From Octopus bimaculoides (lineage: Eukaryota): a DNA stretch of 64,000 bases. Shown piece by piece: positions 55,595 to 64,000 of this stretch (positions are counted from its first letter, which is position 1; each line of letters starts with the position of its first letter). The notes beneath the pieces are model-generated. The model was not told the origin of the DNA, made no database searches, and saw only the letters and a program-made list of their open reading frames with translations. The translations under genes were made by a program, and so were the position numbers. The stretch covers positions 44,991,897 through 45,055,896 of the forward strand of contig NC_068981.1 of the NCBI RefSeq assembly GCF_001194135.2, written 5' to 3'.

Positions 55595-55955
55595 ATTAGA
55601 CTGTAATCACGATGGGGCACCGTTTTCAAGATTGTTGAGTCGATAGAATCGACTACATTACTTATTTAAAAAAAAATCCTTGTACTGATTTTTATCGATA
55701 TCTTTTACGAACCACAGGTTTATGAGGACATAAAGAAACCAACACCGATTGCCAAGCTGTGTTGGGAAAGACACACAGACACCAACGGGCGCACACACAC
55801 ACAGAGGCATATATGCGTCGATCATCATTCAGTTTTCTTCCATGAAATCCACTTACAATGCTTTGGGCACTTAACGAGGTTGCCAGGCAGCGGGACTGAA
55901 CCTGGAATCCTATTGTTGGGAATCAAGCGTCTCACCATATAGCAGCGCCCGCACC
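55595..55955 (-). mobile_element. tRNA-derived SINE, near full length, degenerate
   Basis: Plus strand shows GTTGCCAGGCAGCGGGACTGAACCTGGAATCCTATTGTTGGGAATCAAGCGTCTCACCATATAGCAGCGCCCGCACC (reverse complement of the head) and AAGAAACCAACACCGATTGCCAAGC. Confidence 0.85.
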
Positions 55956-56022
55956 CATGTACATACACGCAGCATGCATACACACACACATATAATTATA
56001 TATAATTATATATAATTATATA

Positions 56023-56089
<67 letters not shown>

Positions 56090-57639
56090 GCACACATAAG
56101 CACAAATAACTTCTATAAATGACAGTGTGACAAATACATTTCATAGACTTCACAATTTTTTTAAAGATGTATCGATGTAAATATTCATATATTCAGTTTG
56201 ACTCAATGCTGCAAGTTTTACTCCCTTTGTTTCATGAGTAAAGAGTGAAGCTAGATTTAATCAAAACTTTAATATTAAGTGGGGACTATAATTCTGTGCG
56301 TTTATTGCATGTGTAACTGGGGCGGGGGAGTATGAAGTATATACCTGTATGTATGACATACGTTAGGATATTCCAAAAGTAATCAGACCTAATTCTGAAC
56401 TCACCGCTTTTTCTTTTTCATTTCAAGTATGTTCAATGAAATTTCTCACCATAGTTTTGAAAAAATGTCGATATCCATATTATTTAGAAAAGAGAGAGAA
56501 GAATGATAAAAAGAGTTATTAAATACAAAATTTTTATTCATTTTAAATAGCATTTATATTTATGTTTCTGCAAGATTTTCGGAAAATATACATGAAAATA
56601 TCATGATCAATGCTCCTGATATCTACACAAATTTGTAATATCCGATGTATCACAAACTTATATTTATCCCAGTAAGACATATATATCAAAAACATTTTCT
56701 TTACAAAATAACGTTTCTTTGTGTATGTCGCCTGATACACGATTTAAAACATATTTACTTTATAAATACGAGAATAGATGAGTAGTCAAACATTTGAGAA
56801 AGTCAGACTGAAGCTACATAGAAACATTTCTTCGTGTATTTTCAGCTTTTCTCACATTTGGCATTGAGCCGAAAAGCGAAATTGTTATCATTACGGTACT
56901 AGCGGTACGTGTATTGTCTAATTGCACTTTTAATATCCGGTTTAACTTGCCATAATATTCAAGAAAAGTTTTCATTGTCAACTCATTGTTATTGTATGCC
57001 TAGACTGCTATGAAATAAGAAAGATTGTGTTCGATGAAAAAGCATTTTAATGGGAAATCTTCTGTCGTTTTTACGCACCACATTTCAAGTTACACTAATA
57101 GAGAGGAGAGAATTAATTGCATAGTCTCGTATTTGTTTATTTCAAGAGTGAATATTATGATTTAACACATTTGTATTTGAACATATTTTGGATGGTTTGA
57201 CGGTATTGCCGATTTGGCAAACTTATATATTCATTGCAACGATAATACCATATGCATTCGAAAATTAAGTTGTTTCACAGGACAAAAATAATAATTATAC
57301 TATTTTTATTCAGTTTTTGATGGTTTGGTTGCTGTTCTATGTGTAAACTTGTATTACAATTCAGGTTACAGAACTAAGGTTTTCCTAGAATACTTATAGT
57401 TTTGTGACGCTATACCTTTTGCTCACACAATATAATCACCGGATAAAATTAATGATACTATTAATGAAGTAATAAGGTATTAACATTACATATCAGTCGT
57501 ATTAGTAATGATTACAACAACAATAACAATAATGTTACTGATATCATTAGAAAAAAATGGCTATTATTTGACAAAGCCTAATATCTATTCCTGCCAGAAT
57601 TTATGTGGGGGATAAGGTTGCCTCTTTTTGTCTTTCAAG

Positions 57640-58200
57640 TGCTTAAACTGTCCTGGTAATTTTTCGTGTCTCAAAGAGCTCTAGAGGACGTTCCGTCTCC
57701 TTCAATCATCTGTCTATATCTTTACATGCAGTTGCCAAGACACCAAAATAACAGGCACAACATTTAAAGTTTTCATACTCCAAATTCTTGCAAATTACAA
57801 TTTTAAGGGATTATAGTTTTTTTTTTTAATTTTGAACTACTTTCTATACAATTCAAATATACTTCATTGATCGGTTCGTAAGCAACCTCTCTTTTCTTAG
57901 TTTCAATACGAAAATCACATAAAACTTTGCATTTCTCTGACTCCAGCACTCCTTCGAACCGATGATTATACCATCAATCTCTAGCTTCAAATCCCCATTT
58001 CTGATAACGCGTCCTGTGTCAAACGTTCATGCCTTCATTTCTCATATTTACCCTGGAACTATGGGACATTCTGTAACAATTCGTGCCACTGTCTCATTAC
58101 AAATTCCACAGACTACATTTTTTGATATCACCCTATCCACATATTTCTTCAAGTTGTTTTTATCGAACGTTTGATCTTGAGGTGCCATAATAAAGTTCTG
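57640..58200 (-). mobile_element. R4/Dong-like LINE C-terminus (CCHC region and RLE), decayed
   Basis: Minus peptides APQDQTF...VCGICNETVARIVTECP, QKWGFEARD*WYNHRFEGVLESEKCKVLCDFRIET, ARIWSMKTLNVVPVIL. Confidence 0.85.
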
Positions 58201-58269
58201 TCTTTATGGAAACATTGGTTTTTAGATTATTTAGAACTACTTCTGATATTTCAATCAACGATTAATTTA

Positions 58270-58830
58270 TCCGAATGTCACAAAAAAATTTATTACGCCA
58301 ATTTCTCGGTGAGAGAGGACAAAGACACTTCGTCGCCTTGAGAATTATAGGTTTGCCATATTAACTAAAGTGTTTGGGCTACTGAATGAACTTTGGGGAT
58401 CTGCTAAAAATGTGTACGCACCACGTTACCGTTTGAGAAATTTTAATAAGAAACCTGAAGAAGATTGCAATGATTTAATTGCCAGAATACAACAAGCTTT
58501 TCCTGAGTGTGAGTACAATCTGACACCTCCAAAAATGTTTGAAAATGAAATGGCTTTGCAACGTCTTCTTACCGGTATTCATGATGAGACTGCCCGTCCT
58601 AAATTGCTTTCGGAAGACAAGTTAAAGCTTACTTCGGAAGGAGCCTGTGCTGTAGTTCTATACAAATAGAGGCACATGCTGTCAATCTGTTACGTCTACA
58701 AAAACTCGACCACCTAGTTTTACAGAAAAACAGTTTACTTGTTATCGTTGTGGATTGAGTCCCAGCATCAGCAAACCGTTTATCATTTATGTGGTAAAAC
58801 GGGACAACTTGCTATATATAGTTTGTCGTA
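58270..58830 (+). mobile_element. Ty3/Gypsy gag relic
   Basis: VYAPRYRLRNFNKKPEEDCNDLIARIQQAFPECEY...LQRLLTGIHDETARPKLLSEDKL resembles Gypsy gag; followed by decayed knuckles CYRCG and HLCGKTGQLA. Confidence 0.75.
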
Positions 58831-58924
58831 CAAAAAAAAAAAAAATAACATAGAGTTTCTTCTACACAAAACACATCCGCTGCGAACGATAAAAACAAAC
58901 CTGGAAAATATGTCTATTGTTGCT

Positions 58925-59370
58925 GTCATTTAGCACCGTTCTGTCTATCAGAATTTGATCTTTTGTCCCTTGTAATTTGCTCCAGCAACTCTTTACGTTC
59001 TACTAGCCGTTTGTCTCCAAGACTTTATACACACAATTAAATAGTATTCCTGTCATTAACTTCCACATCAGGTGCAGGCAGGAGATACGCCGGTAATTAT
59101 CTACTGCATTACATTTAGTGGGATCTCCTTGGCAAAGGACTGTTTTAGATGTGGTTAGCTTCTATGGGATTTCCGCTCCGTTGTTAATATTTTATCAATT
59201 TGTGCAGATATTCTTTTTTGTAGTGCTGGAAAAGTTTTAAGCCAATACCATTGCGTCCCACCTGGTCATTTCCAGCTTTGGATCTTTGGTAACTGCTCGT
59301 TCACCGTTTCAGTTGTTATTCTTATATTGCTCAGTTTCAATTCATGTTATTACTATTAATACTTAGGGTA
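58925..59370 (-). mobile_element. R4/Dong-like LINE reverse transcriptase N-terminal part, decayed
   Basis: Minus peptides YWLKTFPALQKRISAQIDKIL, TSKTVLCQGDPTKCNAVDNYRRISCLHLMWKLMTGIL, GTKDQILIDRTVL (NYRPISCL...WKL.TGI motif). Confidence 0.9.
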
Positions 59371-62300
59371 CAGGGTGAACTCTTTGTTGTGCATGGGTGC
59401 AATGTCGTTCTTCCATTTGAGGGCATCACTCCTAAAACGTGCCTCTTTAACCAAAACACATCGACGCAACACCGTCTGCTGTGAGTTGCTCATAAAACGT
59501 CGACTAGGTTAGTAACTTGTCCTATCACATCATTCATTTTCACAAACCTTTTCGCTTGTAACAGGCCCTACATTTTTGTTTTGTAGTATTGAAATTTATT
59601 GTGCTAAGATGTTCACCATTTCAGAAAGAGCCAGCCTGCACAGAAAGTTGCCTTCACCACTTTCAGACTAGAATATACCGGTCGTAGATGATTTCACATC
59701 AATGATGTCTTTAAGCATATATTTTACAATATCAGAGGAATATTTGAAAAATCTTAACTTAATGTGCTCATATTATTGTGTCCTACCTCTATAACCTCTT
59801 ATATAATCAAAAAGAATGCAAAATGATTATGAAATTCAAACATTGTCACCTCACAACTGATATATAAAAGGTCAAAGAATAATAATAGTTAAGATGAACA
59901 GTTGCAATCGGTGGTTAAAGGGAACGCAGATATCCAAACGAATTGTTTCTGCTGCGCAAATGAAAAAAAATACCAAATCAAAATAAAAACAAAGTTTATA
60001 ACTGTGTGTTTATGTTTGTATGCGTGTTTGCGTATGCGCGCGCGCGCGTGTGTATGTGTGTGTATGTGTATGTGTGTATGTGTATGTGTTTCCTTCAGTC
60101 TCGTCTGCCATGGAAATAATTCCTCACATTGCACAATTTTTATAGTGATATATTTCTAAGCACGTAACTACGTTTTCAGGAATGAAACAAATACGGAGAA
60201 TATGCCGAACAGAAAGATAACGATATTTTTTAAATCAAAATTCCAGGTTATCTGTACTTCCAAAGAATAAGATTTACTGTCACAAGCAAATCTAATTGAC
60301 TTACTTTGTGATTTGAATAAATCTAGGTGAGAAATTTGGGGCTCAGAATGAATGTAATTTTTTTCTCTGCAGCTGCAATGATGAATTCAAATAAAGTGTG
60401 TTATGGAGAAATGGTAATTCAGTCGTGTTGGTTCTTGGTCATGAAAATAATCTGCATACCGAGTGCAAACTGATTGCTCCAAAGTCAGGTTGGAATTATT
60501 TGTTCACCATAACGGAGAGAAATTCATTGATGTCCTCATTACACATGCAGCATCATGAATGAGTCATCCATGGTATCAAATTGCTTCTAGAATAAAGGTT
60601 CAATAATGAATATATAATGAAAATATGAATAGAGGAAAGGAAGTCGTTCAAAAATAGCTAGTGCTGAAGAAGCGTTACACTAAGACATAAATTATCAAAC
60701 AAAAGAGCAATTTCTGAGAGGGAGGACATGTTCGGGTGTCTATATTAGTAAATATCATGGCAACGGAGAACAACACATGTGTTCCTGAAAATCAGATACA
60801 AATCCATTGTGACGTTCACTGTGCTCCCCACGACGACTCAACAATGGTTCCTGAACGCCATAGATTCACCGGCCAGTTTCCTCTCAATAATCTCATTAGC
60901 ATAGAATTGATGAAAGTTGAAGTCGTTTGAGGACACACGTTCATTGCCATGAAAATTGTGTGCCTGCAATTAGATGCCTCAACACAACAGCAACAACTTG
61001 GGAAGCATAATCACCTAGCAGCAGATTAAAACGTTCGGCAGGTGTCCCTTCGGGAAAATGAGAAATGGCAGAGTATGACTCTTAGTACTCCCAACCCCAG
61101 GATAATTAACTGTAAAATGAACAGTATGTGTTCGCGTTTTGGCGCATTATCATAATCAACTTGTTTGCCGTCAAAAGCACTTCACATCATCAAAATTTTC
61201 CTTGTCGGAGGAAAAGCAGAACATGGAGATTTATGTTCTGAATGCATTAGATTTTTCAGCATAAGCTTACGCGGGATAAAACAGTTTTGACGTGTCTTCT
61301 AAATATTTGATCGTCACATGACCAAAATAAATATTGTAACAATATTGCAATTTGCTTATTCTAATAGGTGGTGCTAGGTGATAGATTCATAGACTCGTTA
61401 AGGTTTTGGTGAATATATCGTGTACCATGAGTATTACGACGGTACCTGACTCATATGAAATTTTCGTTTTCTATGCTATGGAAGATACATCCACGCGAAT
61501 TGTACCGACTCCTTTTCAAGCAAACACACTCGGGTATACAAAAACTAAATTTCTTCAAAGCTTAATGTTGTGACTTGCAGCAAGAATTGTCATTTCAAAT
61601 TAAATGATAAAAATAACTTATTTTGCATGTATGGGGTATGTTTGTAACAAGATCAGAGAAATCAAAGTGACTCTTGCTGCGATCAGCAATGGACCAATAT
61701 TTGTCAACGTTTGTATAAGATACATCCTTGAAACAAAATTTTGTAAATTTTGATAGCAGTAGAGTTTCCTTTGTATTATTACTAACCGAACAACGTTATT
61801 GAATTTAAAGTAGAACTTCTTAGATCCTAATTTTTGAAAAGACTCTATGCAAATTGAAGTGTGATACTTTCAGGCATATCATATATTAATTAACAAAGTC
61901 TCTCCAATTATAAGGGCATTAATTGTTTGTTGATAATGAACGCAACAGAAATAGTAACGCATCTAGTCCGCCTCCATTAGCATCAAATATAGACAAAAAC
62001 GTACATATGCAAACCAGTACGGATTTCGAATTCTTCCTTAACCAGGAATACAAGAAATTCATCAGGGTATTGCTTAATAGAAAATTAATATTCAAAGATC
62101 GACACTGTCGTAAGTTTTAAAAAATCTACTCCCTGAGGGTGAATTTACTGGGCTGCCACACAGAGAATAACCAAATTGCCAAAAAGAATTTGCACTGAAC
62201 TTTTACTAAGGTAAAATCGATTATTGTGCAACAGTATGGTCACGTTGCATAAACCAATAGATTACGATCTAGGTAAAGGAAATGATGAGAATCTATAAGG

Positions 62301-62599
62301 TTTCGTTGAATCAACAATTATTTCTGAATAAAATAATGGGTGCGATTGCTCAATCTCACCTCTTCTTAAAAGAGGTCAATGAAAGCCAGCACAAATTATA
62401 AACACAAATAGTGCTTTTACACACTTGAAGGGAATTTCTGGTTGAGCAACCTTCAATTGAAGACTAAGTTTCAATTATTAAATGTATAAAAGCCAAAAAG
62501 GACGAGGTCAGGTTTTATGGACCACATGTGGATGGTAAAGAGCCATTTTGAATCGAATAGATAAAAGTATGCCACTGTTAGTCTACGGAAGCAAAATTA

Positions 62600-63645
62600 T
62601 GGCTAATCGTTAATAAAAGGTACATGTATATCATGAATCCTTACCTTACCAAAAAAGCAGAAATAGTAAAGCCCCAACTCACTTAGATACTGGGGTATTA
62701 ATATGGCTTCGGAGCTTCTAATGCTTACTGTGTTGAATGGTGTTACCCTGATGGGCAATGTGATCTCTCGGGTCTGACATTTTCGTTGATGATATCTCAT
62801 GGAAGTGTCTGTCTGCATGTGAAGAAACACCTACGAAAATGCCAGACGCGAAAGTTCACAGTGCCCATCAAGGCAACACAGCGCAATGGAGGCAGCCTTG
62901 AAACTCCGATGCCATATTAATACACCAACAGAAGACGACTATCAGCAACAAAAGAGAATTACATAAAGCTAGCTGGTTTCTGTAACAACAACCCTCTTCG
63001 CATGTCTACTCCCCGCACACTCACATACATGTACATCAACAAAATTCGCTCATTCCTGAAGAGGGGGTCGTAATCCTGAAGATCAAAATAGGCCTTAATA
63101 GGAAACTAGAATAGAACAGTAGCACACACCCCCAACATACCACAATCAATGACAGAATAAGGTCCCCATAAACTGATAATGGTATGAAAATAATACAATG
63201 AACAGATAAGTAAATGGAATTAAATAACTACATAGATTAACAAAATAAATTTAATTTAATTTAATTAATACAAAAAATAGAAAGAATAGAAAAAGTAAGT
63301 AGATATAAACAAGTGAATCAAATAAATAAAAGTAAATTAAACGAACGTCTATAAACAGGGGATACTGATAATGCAGGCACATCCCCCCACCCACACACGC
63401 ACTTATTGAACATAGACACACACAATGATATACGCATGCGGAAAGAAATACACATACAATAGGAATGCAAAAAAGGAAAGAGGAAAGCGAAATACCACTG
63501 ATGAGGTCACAGAAGTGTGACGAAAGAACTCTGGCCAAAATACAATAAATACAAAATAAAGCTGAATCAAGTGAACACCAAATATATAGTGCGTGTGTTT
63601 TTATTAAATAAACTGGCAACATGATCGTTCCCAAATACAAATATA
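62600..63645 (+). mobile_element. Penelope-like debris (inverted arms plus terminal repeat with hammerhead motifs)
   Basis: Contains the 62695-62923 inverted repeat, CTGAAGA...CCTGAAG at 63056 and a hammerhead motif at 63495; its 3' end recurs at 25018-25079. PLE assignment is inferred from the hammerhead association. Confidence 0.5.
63495..63534 (+). ncRNA. Minimal type I hammerhead ribozyme motif
   Basis: CCA CTGATGA G GTCACA GAAG TGTGAC GAAA G AA C TC TGG: stem I CCA/UGG, 6-bp stem II with GAAG loop, 2-bp stem III, CUC cleavage triplet. Confidence 0.7.
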
Positions 63646-64000
63646 TANNNNNNNNNNNNNNNNNNNNNNNNNNNNNNNNNNNNNNNNNNNNNNNNNNNNN
63701 NNNNNNNNNNNNNNNNNNNNNNNNNNNNNNNNNNNNNNNNNNNNNNNNNNNNNNNNNNNNNNNNNNNNNNNNNNNNNNNNNNNATATACGGGCAACTCCA
63801 CGAACACGACCGCAGTACCACCGGGTGCCCCTGCCTACCTACCAATAGCGTCATTTTTCACGTATAGGTACCTTGCCTCAGCTGCGATCCTAAAGGCGAT
63901 ATCTAAATTAACTAAAGAAATGCAGCTCCTTCGCGTTTCCAAGCCCCGTTCATCTCGCCGTCGCTTGCCGTCTGCCTATTCGTCTATATGCTGGTACCAT

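Noticed and set aside
55991-56030. Four copies of the palindrome TATAATTATA
   Set aside because: A variant of the adjoining (TA)n microsatellite; no spacers, so not CRISPR-like.
60870-60935. Resemblance of FNFHQFYANEIIERK to the ALAS N-terminal motif F.Y..FF...I..KK
   Set aside because: Few identities, no following YRVF motif, and no other ALAS exon seen; no gene name given.

Overview
AT-rich, microsatellite-dense eukaryotic DNA with 13 N-gaps. The SINE and retroelement types match my recall of Octopus (coleoid cephalopod) repeats; the species call is an inference. I cannot identify any host protein-coding gene, so the window looks intronic or intergenic, and most ORFs in the supplied track come from microsatellites, gaps or antisense reads of repeats. 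What I can support is transposon debris: many tRNA-derived SINE copies, R4/Dong- and NeSL-like RLE LINE fragments, a Tx1/L1-like ORF1-ORF2 relic, a Ty3/Gypsy gag relic, three Tc1/mariner relics (one with both TIRs and flanking TA), and Penelope-like ends. The most interesting signals are a cluster of hammerhead-ribozyme-like motifs at 52-64 kb (two with an intact CUGAUGA/GAAA core, at 63495 and 54836), two long imperfect inverted repeats (4101-4747 and 62695-62923), and two nested or chimeric retroelement structures (51.8-55.4 kb and 57.6-59.4 kb).
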